From positions 1 through 64,000 of the forward strand of contig JBBIML010000010.1 of assembly GCA_037444405.1 (NCBI GenBank): a stretch of DNA of 64,000 nucleotides. Reading direction: 5' to 3'. Position numbers and translations under genes: made by a program. Shown piece by piece: positions 40,080 through 50,248 of the stretch. The first letter of the stretch is position 1. The number at the start of each line of letters is the position of its first letter. A model generated the notes under the pieces. It was not told the DNA's origin, did not search any database, and saw only the letters and a list, made by a program, of their open reading frames with translations. The DNA comes from Armatimonadota bacterium (lineage in GTDB: Bacteria > Armatimonadota > Fimbriimonadia > Fimbriimonadales > GBS-DC).

Positions 40080-40810
40080 AGACCACCAATCACTCGATGG
40101 TGAATGTGCTGTGTATGAAGTGGGGCACACTCTATCCGCCCGACTATGTGAATCGGCTCTACTCGATGGTGGCACGCAACCTTTCGTTGCCGTTCCGGTT
40201 CGTCTGCTTCACGGACGATCCCGACGGGATTCGTCCCGAAGTGGAAACGCGCCCGATTCCCGCAATTGATTTGCCCGTGCCGCCCGGGCGCTGGCTTAAG
40301 CAGCGCGTGTTCGTGTCGCCCCTCCATGACCTGCAGGGTACTGCGCTTTTCCTCGATCTCGATATCGTGATTGTCGCGCCGATCGATGCATTCTTTAGCG
40401 TGCCCGGTGAGTTCCTGATTATAGAGGACTGGAAGCGTAAAGGGCGGCACATCGGCAACTCGTCCGTGTTTCGGTTCGAAATCGGGCAACATAGCGACCT
40501 GCTGGACGAGTTCCGGCAGCAAGCAGACGCCATCACGCGCCGATTTGTGAACGAACAGGAATATCTGACCGATTTTATGTATCGAAAAGGCGTGCTGCAT
40601 TACTGGCCCGAGGGCTGGTGCGTGAGTTATAAGCATCACTGCCTGCCACCCTTTCCTTACAATCTGTTTCGCAACCCCGTGATCCCTCAAGGGAGCAAAA
40701 TTATTGTGTTTCATGGTCATCCGAAGCCGCATGAAGCGCTGTTGGGCAAGCCAAAGAACCTTTTCAAGCAGATGCGCCCTGCTCGCTGGATTGCTGACCA
40801 CTGGCGTTAG
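40076..40810 (+). CDS. GT-A fold glycosyltransferase
   Basis: CMKWG..Y...YVNRL, FVCFTDD, LFLDLD (DxD), NSSVFRF, FHGHPKP. Confidence 0.8.
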   Translation: MKTTNHSMVNVLCMKWGTLYPPDYVNRLYSMVARNLSLPFRFVCFTDDPDGIRPEVETRPIPAIDLPVPPGRWLKQRVFVSPLHDLQGTALFLDLDIVIVAPIDAFFSVPGEFLIIEDWKRKGRHIGNSSVFRFEIGQHSDLLDEFRQQADAITRRFVNEQEYLTDFMYRKGVLHYWPEGWCVSYKHHCLPPFPYNLFRNPVIPQGSKIIVFHGHPKPHEALLGKPKNLFKQMRPARWIADHWR

Positions 40811-41806
40811 CAGGATCGGTGCCGTCAGGGGGCGCCTCGGCAGCCGCGGGCGCGAGCGAAGGCACGGCTTCGGTTAGCGCATAGGGTATTGGGAGCGGTT
40901 CTTGAGGGAGGTAGCGCCTCCACAACAGCCATCCCGCCACTGGCAGCAAGCCGAAAGGCAGCATCCACACACCCTGCCAGCGCACCGCCGAATCGTTCAC
41001 CAGCCAGCAATCGGTGATAAAGACCGTTAGCATGCTCAGATGGATAAAAGCAGCCCAGCCGAACAGGTTGCCCTGTAGCAGATACCGCCCCAACCAGTAG
41101 CCCAGCGCTGCGATAACCAAGAAGCCCAGCCCGTAGGCGGTCAGATTCTCACCCATTTCTGCCCACGAGCCAGCGCCGATCAAGGTAGCGGGTGTAAATA
41201 GCGCAGCGAGCATCAGCACCCGCCAGAAGGAGCGCAGGTAGCTGTGATAGATGCCCGCTGCCCCAATTAGCACCAGACCGCCCAGCACGGTCAGAAAGCC
41301 TGCCAGAGCGACGCCCTCCAGCCACAAATGGTTCGCATGCAGGCTCGGCACACCTTCAGAGGAGGCATAGTTGAGCAGCCCCACCACCAGCGCAAGCAGA
41401 TAGACCACGATCAGGCTTTCAGATAGGGCGCGCGGATGGCGCAACGGCGAATCAGCGGGCAGCTCGCGCCACGCGGATGGCTTCAGCCAGACCGAAAGCG
41501 GCACCAGATGTGGCAAATACAATCGCCACCATAACGGCTCCATGTTCGCATAGCAACCGACCAGCAAACCACCAGATAATGCTTGGCGTTCGAGTCGCTT
41601 TCGAACACCACCGAGCTGCGCCAGCCTTTAAGGTTGATTTGCAGATCCAACTGCTTGAGGGCAGATTCGCCGATTTGCAATGCCTGCTGGGGAGTGATGC
41701 GCAGCTGAATGCTGGCTTCGGGAAACGCCCGCGAATAGAGTCGCCAGAACACCAGCGCACCTGATAAGCCCACAATCAGCCACGCCAGTAACTCCAGCCT
41801 GCGCAC
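40764..41806 (-). pseudogene. Frameshifted (probably internally deleted) membrane protein gene
   Basis: GTG at 41806 after a TATATT -10 box gives VRRLELLAWLIVG..AFPEASIQLRI, which loses coherence near 41570; a multi-TM C-terminal part (40764-41567) is in another frame. Confidence 0.55.
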
Positions 41807-41857
41807 GGCATAAGAATATACCCACTTCACCTGCAGGCAGGTAAACTTTAGCGCGGG

Positions 41858-42967
41858 ATGCGTCTTATCATTCGGGCAACAAGGGCGAGCTATCGGCAGG
41901 TGCCCATCTGGCGAACGGTTTCGGAACGGTTGCCAGCGGAGCCGCTCATGCTGACTGGCGCGGGCGAACCCATCCCGGCGCAGGTGGTGGAGCGGGATGG
42001 CAAACGCTGGCTGGTCTGGATCGAACCTGACCTGCCACGCGGCAGCCAGAAGCGGTACGAGCTGCGCGCCGCATCCGAAGTCCCACAGGGCTTCGAAGCG
42101 AAACAGAGCGAGAGCGCCGTCACCATCCACTGGCGCGGGCAGCCCTTCACAGCGTATGTCTATCGCGGCGCGCCCAAGCCCTATCTCTACCCGCTCTACG
42201 CACCCAACGGCAAGCCCCTCACGCGCCACTTCCCCATGCAGATTGTGCCGGGCGAATCGATGGATCACCCGCACCACCGCTCCGTCTGGTTCACGCACGG
42301 CGAGGTGAACGGCGTCGACTTCTGGGCGGAAGGCGCGGGCAAGGGCACGATTGTCCATCGCCAGATCGAGCGCGTGGAGGCGGGCGCCGTGCTGGCGCGA
42401 ATCGTGGCGCACAACGACTGGCTCGCGCCCGACGGCAAAAAAGTGTGTGCCGAAACAACCGAGATTATCGCCTACCGCACGCCCGACTTCGGCTGGCTCG
42501 ATTACCGCATCACGCTGATTGCCAGCGAGGGCGAGGTGCGATTCGGCGACACCAAAGAGGGCACTTTCGGCATCCGCGTCGCCTCCAGTATGGAGGTCAA
42601 ACGCGGGACGGGCGGGCAAATCGTCACCGCCGCTGGTCAGCGCGACCGCGACGCATGGGGCAAACGCGCCGAATGGTGCGACTACACCGGACCCGTCGAA
42701 GGCGAAATCGTCGGTATTGCCGTCTTTGACCATCCCGACAACCTGCGCCATCCGACCTACTGGCATGTGCGCGATTATGGGCTGTTCGCGGCGAACCCGT
42801 TCGGCGTCCACGACTTTGTGCCCGGCACGCCGAAAGGCACGGGCGACTACCGACTCGCACGCGGCGAGCAGCTCATCCTCCGCTACCGCCTCTGCCTGCA
42901 CAAAGGGCGCACCGAGCAGGCAGGCATCGCCCAGCACTATGAAGCCTATCAACACCCACCTGAATGA
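41858..42967 (+). CDS. DUF6807/'PmoA-family' putative carbohydrate-related protein (not methane monooxygenase)
   Basis: KPYLYPL, DHPHHRSVWF.HG.VNGVDFW, DTKEG..GIRVA, WCDYTG, DHPDN, WHVRDYGLFAANPF. Confidence 0.8.
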   Translation: MRLIIRATRASYRQVPIWRTVSERLPAEPLMLTGAGEPIPAQVVERDGKRWLVWIEPDLPRGSQKRYELRAASEVPQGFEAKQSESAVTIHWRGQPFTAYVYRGAPKPYLYPLYAPNGKPLTRHFPMQIVPGESMDHPHHRSVWFTHGEVNGVDFWAEGAGKGTIVHRQIERVEAGAVLARIVAHNDWLAPDGKKVCAETTEIIAYRTPDFGWLDYRITLIASEGEVRFGDTKEGTFGIRVASSMEVKRGTGGQIVTAAGQRDRDAWGKRAEWCDYTGPVEGEIVGIAVFDHPDNLRHPTYWHVRDYGLFAANPFGVHDFVPGTPKGTGDYRLARGEQLILRYRLCLHKGRTEQAGIAQHYEAYQHPPE

Positions 42968-43001
42968 CACGGGGTATAATCCCCCACAAGGAGGCTAACC
43001 G

Positions 43002-43661
43002 ATGAAAAATCGAGCGATTCTGTGTCTACTGTTGACTGCAGGGCTGATTCTGGGTGCAGTCGCATATCAGCAGACGAAAAAGGTAGATACGACGGCGAAA
43101 AAGCCCGCCATCACCTGCCCCGTTTCGGGCGAGGCGATTAAAAACACCGCCCGCGCCCCGCGCTACACCTATCGGGGCAAGACCTACTACTTCTGCTGCA
43201 AGGACTGCCTGACCAAGTTCAAGGCGTCGCCCGCCACCTATCTCAACCGCAAGCCTGCCCCCGCAAGCAACACCAGCAGCGCCAGCAAAGCCTGTTGCAG
43301 CGCGGAGAAGGCGAGCGGCGGGAGCTGCTGCGCGGGCGAGAAGGGCGCAGCGACCAACAAAGGCTGCTGTAGCACGCCAGCTGCATCCAGCAAGGAGAGC
43401 AGGGCGAACCCGCCCGCCAATCAGGGCAATAATCAGCCATCCAGCGAACAGCAAGCCGATCAGTCGGCGAAACTGTTCTGCCCTGTGTCGGAGGAGGAGA
43501 TCACTCCCGACGAGGCGATCGCCTTCGAGTATAACGGCAAGCGCTACTATGTGTGCTGCAGCAACTGCCGGCGCAAGTTCCTTGCCGACCCCGAAACCTA
43601 TGCCAGAAAGGCGGAACAGCTCTCCCCGCTCCAGGGCAAGCCCATCAGCGAGCAGAAATAG
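43002..43661 (+). CDS. Exported double-YHS domain protein with Cys-Cys-rich linker
   Basis: Signal peptide; two CPVS..Y.GK.YY.CC..C...F...P..Y domains; three CC pairs in linker. Confidence 0.85.
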   Translation: MKNRAILCLLLTAGLILGAVAYQQTKKVDTTAKKPAITCPVSGEAIKNTARAPRYTYRGKTYYFCCKDCLTKFKASPATYLNRKPAPASNTSSASKACCSAEKASGGSCCAGEKGAATNKGCCSTPAASSKESRANPPANQGNNQPSSEQQADQSAKLFCPVSEEEITPDEAIAFEYNGKRYYVCCSNCRRKFLADPETYARKAEQLSPLQGKPISEQK

Positions 43662-43721
43662 CCCGCGCAACATCAGCGACAGCCACTTGCGGGCAGGCTC
43701 CTGCGCTCAGGGACTTGCCTG

Positions 43722-45386
43722 TCAGGGGTTGAACCATCCCGCTGATAACTGTCTCAGGCTGGGGAGCAGGCTGGGCAGCTGGTGCGGGGCGAGGGGTGGT
43801 TCGGTGCCATCGGGCGTGCCCAGCCCGCGCCGAACCACCTCCCACCAGTCCCATGCCACTATCTGACTCGCATCGAAGATCATCACACCATGCGAGTTGA
43901 GCCGCGCGGCTCGAATCGCCCGCTCAAAGCCTGCCGGGTCGCGAACATAATCGTCGGTGTAGATGCCCGCATAGACCAGCACCTCGCCGTTCGTCCAGTC
44001 CATCACGCGGCGCGTCATGCCCTCCACCGTGCGCACCTCGTCGGCATCGTACAGCGGCGCCTCCGCCATAAAGGGCACATTGAAATAACAACCGGGCATC
44101 AGATAGTCCAGATCGAACAGGTAGGAGCTGAAGCGATAATCGCTGTCGATGAAGGCGTAGGGGCGTTCGAGCGCGTCGCTGCCCCAGTTGACGCCCAGCT
44201 CATAGTAGAGCGGATACCAGCTGCCCACATAGGCGCCGATGGGCATCGGGCGTACCGACTCCACCGTGCGCCGGATCTCGCGCAGCAGGTCGCGAATCAC
44301 CTCCGCGCGGAACTGAACCCACTGCCCGAAGCGGGGTCCGCGCTCATACGCCGCGCGGGGCATCTCTGGCGGGCGCAGGATGTCGTCGGGGAAGTTCGCC
44401 ACCCGCCCATAGCGCGCTTCGAACGCCGCGCGGGTCAACTCCGAAAAGTCGGTGTACACATTCGCCCAGCGCATCCGATCCAGCACCAGCCCATCGATAG
44501 GGTAGTTCTGGCACAGCTCGCCAATGAGCGCCAGCAGGCGCGAGCGCACCTCCGGATGCAGCGGGTTCACAAACACCGCGACGCCTTCCGTGTCCGATTC
44601 GGCAATCGGCTGCAGAATCGGCTGGGTTTCCAGTCGGAGCGCGACGCCCAGCGTGGCAAGCCGCTCCAGGCGAGCCGCCGCCTGACCATCGGCGACCAGC
44701 ACCCAGCCGTCTTCGGGCGGGCGAATCGGCTGGCTAACGAAGACGCCGTCCACAATCGCCTGCACGCGCAGGTCGTCCGTCAGCAGGGCGTAAGCCCAGC
44801 TGCGCCCGGCAGGCGGCGGCGCGTTCGCACGCCGATAAGCCGAGATGCCATCGGGCGGCGGCGCAAGGTCGAACCGATCCAGTGGGTAGCGCGTGCCATC
44901 GGGCAGAACCAGCGTGCGCCTGCGCGAATAGGCGACCATCTGCCAATCGCGACGCTGATACGCCACGCCCGTGTGGAACATCTTGTGCCCTTCCGAGAGC
45001 GCATTGATGCTGGCATGCACCTCCAGCCCCTGCGCGTGCGCCTCCTCCAGAAACATCTGCAGAATGTCTAAATCGGGCGGCACACGCACCCCACGCCACT
45101 CCGTCAGCGGCGGCGCAATCTGGCTCCTATACAGCACATGACCGCTCACAGGCTTCACATCCAGCACAATCGTGTTGAGACCGACGCGCCTGCAGTTCGA
45201 AACGAAGGCGCGCACGCGCTCGCGTTCGATAAGCCACACCAGATTAGCAGCGGCATCGACCCATATCACACGCCCTTCCAGCCCCAGCCGCCGCACCAGA
45301 GATACCGAATCGGGCAACGATTGCGCCAGCAGCGAAGGGAGCCATCCCAGAAAGAGCCAGACCAGCAGTAGAGAGCGAAAACCCAT
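43722..45386 (-). CDS. Secreted glycosyl hydrolase-like 10 (DUF187/GHL10) protein
   Basis: Signal peptide, GLNTIVLDVKP..G, AHAQGLEVHA, FVNPLHPEV, YPIDGLVLDR.R. Confidence 0.8.
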   Translation of the reverse strand: MGFRSLLLVWLFLGWLPSLLAQSLPDSVSLVRRLGLEGRVIWVDAAANLVWLIERERVRAFVSNCRRVGLNTIVLDVKPVSGHVLYRSQIAPPLTEWRGVRVPPDLDILQMFLEEAHAQGLEVHASINALSEGHKMFHTGVAYQRRDWQMVAYSRRRTLVLPDGTRYPLDRFDLAPPPDGISAYRRANAPPPAGRSWAYALLTDDLRVQAIVDGVFVSQPIRPPEDGWVLVADGQAAARLERLATLGVALRLETQPILQPIAESDTEGVAVFVNPLHPEVRSRLLALIGELCQNYPIDGLVLDRMRWANVYTDFSELTRAAFEARYGRVANFPDDILRPPEMPRAAYERGPRFGQWVQFRAEVIRDLLREIRRTVESVRPMPIGAYVGSWYPLYYELGVNWGSDALERPYAFIDSDYRFSSYLFDLDYLMPGCYFNVPFMAEAPLYDADEVRTVEGMTRRVMDWTNGEVLVYAGIYTDDYVRDPAGFERAIRAARLNSHGVMIFDASQIVAWDWWEVVRRGLGTPDGTEPPLAPHQLPSLLPSLRQLSAGWFNP

Positions 45387-45501
45387 CGGAAAGCGATTAT
45401 ACCCCCAGCCCGATCTTCCCGAAAAGGCGGCAGAAACCGAACATTTGGGCGTCGAATGGGGTATAATAATTTGCCATGTAGGTGTTCGGGCGGGTGCACT
45501 C

Positions 45502-45531
45502 TTGACATGCCCGCCACGCCTGTGGTATAAT
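45502..45531 (+). promoter_or_regulatory. Consensus sigma-70 promoter of the dockerin-like protein gene
   Basis: TTGACA (45502-45507), 18-nt spacer, extended -10 TGGTATAAT; SD AAGGAGG downstream. Confidence 0.85.
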
Positions 45532-45600
45532 AGGTGTGGTAGGTGTTCGGGAGGATGCGCTCCCAATCCAGAAACACCTGCCGAAAGGAGGAACGGTGAT

Positions 45601-46686
45601 ATGATGAATCGATGGCTAATGGCTTGTACGGCAGGCGCCATTCTGTGCGCCGCTTTTGCGTATGCGGACGGTCAGAAGTTCGCACAGCTGCAACCGCATC
45701 CCGGTACTCTTCAACTCGCTCAGCCTTTGCGAGCCTGCAAAGTGCGCCTGATCAACGGTCAGGTCGTGCAGGTCGGTCCCTGGATTGAGCTGTCCCAGTT
45801 CAACCCGGCAAGCGGCTTGCCACCTTCGCCATGCTCAGCAGGCGGAGCCCTTGCCTTCGACAATGTCGAGATGGACGCGAGCGGTCAACTTTGCGAGAAC
45901 GACAAATACGGTCCATCCTGCGACCTCGATCAGAACGGTCAGCCCGACTGCCCCCATTTCTTCTGGTGGTTCGGCCAAACCTACAACAACCCCTTCTGGG
46001 TGAACGACATTGCGCAGCTGGTGTCGGGCACAGCAGGCACGCAGGCGACCGGCGTGGTGCCTGTCTGGTGTGTGTTCGGGAATAACGCCCCCTTCATTAT
46101 GGTAATCTTCACCGCGGAGGACTTTGATGATACCTGCAACGGTCCTGCTGCGGGTAACATCTACGACGGTGTTGCCTACGACTTCGGCGCTCTCGGGAAC
46201 GGCTGCTGGTACTCCCTTATCTGCCTGGATGGCACGGGGCTGTTCCACCAGATGCCAAACGACGGCAGCGGCGCGTACATCGGGGTCTACCTGACCAGCC
46301 TGAATCCTGTCACGCTGTATCCGGGGCCAGCCCAGCCGCTGCTGTGGGGCACGAAGCCGAACAACCCCAGCCAGCAGGGACCCATCCAGTGGGACGACGA
46401 CAACCCAACCGATGGTCAGCACACCGCACCTGATGAGTGCTACGACTACAGCTTCGGCGTCTGTCCCGACCCGCTGGGCGCTGCGATGGCGTTCTGGGCG
46501 CAGGCTGCGGGCTGCCAGCCCAGCGGCGGGGATGTGGACGGCAACGGCTGTGTGGATGACGCCGACCTGCTGGCTGTGCTGTTCGCGTTTGGCGGCTCGG
46601 GTGGTCCCGAGGATGTCAACTGCGACGGCGTGGTGGACGACGCCGACCTGCTGGAGGTTCTCTTCAACTTCGGCAACGGCTGCTAA
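45601..46686 (+). CDS. Secreted Cys-rich acidic protein with C-terminal dockerin-like duplicated Ca-binding motif
   Basis: Signal peptide (AFAYA); GDVDGNGCVDDADLLAVLFAFG and EDVNCDGVVDDADLLEVLFNFG. Confidence 0.82.
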   Translation: MMNRWLMACTAGAILCAAFAYADGQKFAQLQPHPGTLQLAQPLRACKVRLINGQVVQVGPWIELSQFNPASGLPPSPCSAGGALAFDNVEMDASGQLCENDKYGPSCDLDQNGQPDCPHFFWWFGQTYNNPFWVNDIAQLVSGTAGTQATGVVPVWCVFGNNAPFIMVIFTAEDFDDTCNGPAAGNIYDGVAYDFGALGNGCWYSLICLDGTGLFHQMPNDGSGAYIGVYLTSLNPVTLYPGPAQPLLWGTKPNNPSQQGPIQWDDDNPTDGQHTAPDECYDYSFGVCPDPLGAAMAFWAQAAGCQPSGGDVDGNGCVDDADLLAVLFAFGGSGGPEDVNCDGVVDDADLLEVLFNFGNGC

Positions 46687-46691
46687 GTCGT

Positions 46692-46734
46692 CCCTCACCC
46701 CTTACCCCCTCTCCCGAAGCTTCGGGAGAGGGGG
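46692..46734. repeat. REP-like palindrome (partial copies continue to about 46915)
   Basis: CCCTCACCCC..CCCCCTCTCCCGAAG-CTTCGGGAGAGGGGG. Confidence 0.8.
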
Positions 46735-46981
46735 ATTTGACTCTCACTCCTTTGTTCCCTCGCCCGAAACTGCACGCTCGCAACCCTCGCTTCTTTGTTC
46801 CCTCCCCCGTGCCCTCTCCCCCTTTTGGCACGAAAGTTGCTCCATGCTGAAGTGCAAAGGCGTTTTCGGTTTGCGCGGCTTGCGTCCTGTGCACCTCCCT
46901 CCCTCTCACAGGGGTCCCGGTGTCCCTCCCATCGGGACCCCACCCTTTATTTTTACCCTGCGGGTATAATTTCCCGCGAGG

Positions 46982-49630
46982 ATGGCGGCAATCGACTGGC
47001 AGACCTTTAAGCCTCAGACACCGATTTTACAGCAATACTTCCGGGTGAAGGCGCAGCATCCCGAAGTGTTGCTGGCGATGCAGGTGGGCGACTTCTATGA
47101 GTTTTACGGACCCGACGCGGAGCTGGTCGCCCGCGAGCTGGAGATTGTGCTGACGGGGCGTGAGGACGGCAGCAACGGGCGCATCCCGATGGCAGGCGTG
47201 CCTATCCACTCCTATGAACGCTACTTCGCCCGACTGGTGCAAAAGGGCTATCGCGTCGCCATCTGCGATCAGGTCGAAGACCCCAAACTTGCCAAAGGGC
47301 TGGTCAAACGGCGCGTGACGCGCATCCTGACGCCCGGCACCGTCGTGGAAGACTCCATGCTGGAATCGACCGCCAACAACTATCTGGTGGCGGCGGTCAT
47401 CGGCGAACCTGTGCATGGGCTGGGCGTGGTCGATGTGTCCACCGGCGAGTTCCTCACCACCGAAATCGGCGGCGAACACCGCTTCGAAAAGCTGCTGGAC
47501 GAAATCTTCCGGCTGGAACCTGCCGAGATTCTGGTGCCGGAAGACCAGACGGAGCTGATCCAGACGCTTCGCGAGCAGACCAGCGCGACGATTACCCCTG
47601 TTCGGCTGGAGGAGCTGATTGGTCGGGACGCGCGCCAGATTCTGCTCCATCACTTTGGGGTGGAGAGCCTGCGAGGCTTCGGCTGTGAAGGGTACACGCG
47701 CGGGCTGGACGCCGCCGCCCTCGTGCTGCGCTACCTGCAACAGAACCAGTTCCAGACCCTGCAACATATTCGCACGCTCGCCACCTACTCGGTGGAGCAG
47801 TTCATGTATCTCGATTCGGTCGCGCGACGCCATCTGGAGATCACGCAGAATCTGATAGACGGCTCGCGCCGCTACACGCTGTTGAGCGTGCTGGACAGCA
47901 CGCGCACGCCGATGGGGGCACGGCTGCTCAAACGCTGGCTGGATGAGCCGCTGCTGAATGTGGACGCGATTAATGCCCGCCTCGACGCGATTGAGTGTCT
48001 GACCCATCACAACCTTCATCGGGAGGCGCTGCGCGAGCGGTTGCGCCGAATGGCAGATCTCGAACGGCTGATTGCTCGCGCCAGCACGGGCACGGCGAAC
48101 CCGCGCGATCTGGTCGCCCTCCGAGGCTCGCTGCAGGAGCTGCCCGCCCTCTACACGGAGCTGCAGAGCCTGTTGAGCGAGCTGGCACGCGCGCCCACAC
48201 TGTTGATGAATCTGGCGCCGCGCCTCGCGCCGATGGACGAACTGCGCACCCTGCTGGAGCGCGCCCTCGTGGACGACCCGCCCACCAACCTGCAAGCGGG
48301 CGGCATCATTCGCGACGGATTCGACCCCGAACTGGACAGGCTCCGACAGGTGCGCACCGAAGGGCGCAACTGGATCGCCCAGCTGGAAGCGCAGGAACGC
48401 CAGCGCACGGGCATCCCCAGCCTGAAAGTGGGCTATAACGCCGTGTTCGGCTACTACATCGAGGTATCCAAGCCCCATCTGAACAAGGTGCCCTCCCACT
48501 ATATCCGCAAGCAGACCACCACGCAGGCGGAACGCTTCATCACGCCCGAACTGAAGGAGCAGGAAGCCATCCTGCTGGGCGCGGAAGAGCGCATGAACGC
48601 GCTGGAGTACGAACTCTTCTGCCGCGTTCGGGATGAGGTCGCCCGCAACGCGCCCGCTATCCAGTCGCTGGCACGCGCGCTGGCGGAACTCGATGTGCTG
48701 TGCGCCCTCGCCGAGAACGCCGTGCGCTACCGCTACACCCGCCCCCTGGTCGACACCGAGGACCGCCTGCGCATTATCGGCGGTCGCCACCCCGTCGTCG
48801 AGCGCTACAACGAGAACCCCTTCGTGCCCAACGACTGCGAACTGACCCCCAACCAGCGACTGATTATCCTGACGGGACCGAATATGAGCGGAAAGAGCAC
48901 CTTCATACGACAGAATGCACTGATAACTCTCATGGCGCATATCGGCAGTTTTGTGCCCGCGGACAGGGCGGAGATTGGGCTGGTGGATCGCATCTTCACA
49001 CGCGTGGGCGCCCGCGACGAGCTGGCAACGGGGCAGTCCACCTTCATGGTGGAGATGATCGAGACGGCGAACATTCTGAACAACGCCTCGCCTCGCAGTC
49101 TGGTGATTTTAGATGAGATTGGGCGCGGCACCAGCACTTATGATGGGCTGGCTATCGCGTGGGCAGTCGCCGAATATCTGCACGCGATCGGCTGCAAGGT
49201 GCTGTTCGCCACACACTATCACTACCTGAACGAGCTGGCGAATCGGCTGGAGGGCGTGGCGAACTTCCGCGTGGCGGTCAAGGAGCAGGGCGACCGAATC
49301 ATCTGGCTGCACAAGGTGTTGCCCGGCGGCACTGATCGGAGCTACGGCATTCATGTGGCGCGGATGGCGGGCGTACCGCCAGAGGTGATTGAGCGCTCCG
49401 AGCAGATTCTGCGCGAGTTTGAGCGGCGGGGCGTGCAGGCGTCGCTGGCGCCACCTTCAGAAGAGGCGCCAACCATCCGCACCCAAAAGATTCAGCTCAC
49501 CCTGTTTGAGGGGGAGGAGCATCCCCTGATTGAGGAGTTGCGCCAGTTAGACCCCGCCACGCTGACGCCTGTGGAGGCGTTGATGAAGATCGACGAGTGG
49601 AGGCGTCGGTGGGCGCAGCGCGGGCGATAA
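46982..49630 (+). CDS. mutS: DNA mismatch repair protein MutS
   Basis: GDFYEFY, GYRVAICDQ, TGPNMSGKST, STFMVEM, DEIGRGTST, FATHYH, SYGIHVA. Confidence 0.98.
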   Translation: MAAIDWQTFKPQTPILQQYFRVKAQHPEVLLAMQVGDFYEFYGPDAELVARELEIVLTGREDGSNGRIPMAGVPIHSYERYFARLVQKGYRVAICDQVEDPKLAKGLVKRRVTRILTPGTVVEDSMLESTANNYLVAAVIGEPVHGLGVVDVSTGEFLTTEIGGEHRFEKLLDEIFRLEPAEILVPEDQTELIQTLREQTSATITPVRLEELIGRDARQILLHHFGVESLRGFGCEGYTRGLDAAALVLRYLQQNQFQTLQHIRTLATYSVEQFMYLDSVARRHLEITQNLIDGSRRYTLLSVLDSTRTPMGARLLKRWLDEPLLNVDAINARLDAIECLTHHNLHREALRERLRRMADLERLIARASTGTANPRDLVALRGSLQELPALYTELQSLLSELARAPTLLMNLAPRLAPMDELRTLLERALVDDPPTNLQAGGIIRDGFDPELDRLRQVRTEGRNWIAQLEAQERQRTGIPSLKVGYNAVFGYYIEVSKPHLNKVPSHYIRKQTTTQAERFITPELKEQEAILLGAEERMNALEYELFCRVRDEVARNAPAIQSLARALAELDVLCALAENAVRYRYTRPLVDTEDRLRIIGGRHPVVERYNENPFVPNDCELTPNQRLIILTGPNMSGKSTFIRQNALITLMAHIGSFVPADRAEIGLVDRIFTRVGARDELATGQSTFMVEMIETANILNNASPRSLVILDEIGRGTSTYDGLAIAWAVAEYLHAIGCKVLFATHYHYLNELANRLEGVANFRVAVKEQGDRIIWLHKVLPGGTDRSYGIHVARMAGVPPEVIERSEQILREFERRGVQASLAPPSEEAPTIRTQKIQLTLFEGEEHPLIEELRQLDPATLTPVEALMKIDEWRRRWAQRGR

Positions 49631-49631
49631 A

Positions 49632-50225
49632 CTATGGAAACAGTCTTGCGAGCCATGCGGCGTCCACGCGCGCCATCTCGGTGAACTTCACACCTGCCAT
49701 CCACTGCCCCTCGCCATGCGGGCGCACATGGCGCACTTTAGCGGTAGCGCGAATGGGCTGTTCCACATCGAGCAGGGTGAACTCCAGCTGAAGCATCTGC
49801 CCCGCCTCCACAGATGTATGCAGCAACAGGCGCATCCCTGTTCGGCTGATGTCGACGGCGCGGGCGTCCTGCTGACGATAGCGCCCACCATCGGCAACAT
49901 TGTTGAGCGTAATCTGCACGGGCAGATTCACCCGATAGCGACGCGCTGAACGGCGGTCAGCAACCTGTGGCGGGGCAACCAGGCGAACGATCAATACATC
50001 ATTATGGCGCTCCTGAACCGCCGCATTGATGCGATAAGCCGCCTCCCGCGCCTGAATATACAGCTCCACGGGCATGTTGGGCGCCAGTCGTGGCAGCTGG
50101 CTCTCTTTGTTCAGGCGGACGCTGATTGCCTCGCGCGAGATTGCCTGCAGTGTGCCCGTGCAGGTGTTGCGCTGGCATGGCAGGCGCACCTCGACCGCAA
50201 TCGCTCCCTGCGAGCCGCTCTCCAT
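49632..50225 (-). CDS. PilZ domain protein (YcgR-like, c-di-GMP binding)
   Basis: RxxxR (DRRSARR) and DxSxxG (DISRTG) motifs with N-terminal YcgR-like region. Confidence 0.85.
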   Translation of the reverse strand: MESGSQGAIAVEVRLPCQRNTCTGTLQAISREAISVRLNKESQLPRLAPNMPVELYIQAREAAYRINAAVQERHNDVLIVRLVAPPQVADRRSARRYRVNLPVQITLNNVADGGRYRQQDARAVDISRTGMRLLLHTSVEAGQMLQLEFTLLDVEQPIRATAKVRHVRPHGEGQWMAGVKFTEMARVDAAWLARLFP

Positions 50226-50248
50226 TGCGGACACCTCCAGTGCAGAGG

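Noticed and set aside
41858..42967. Particulate methane monooxygenase subunit
   Set aside because: Soluble DUF6807-type protein with no TM helices and no pmoB/pmoC neighbours; the family name is a misnomer
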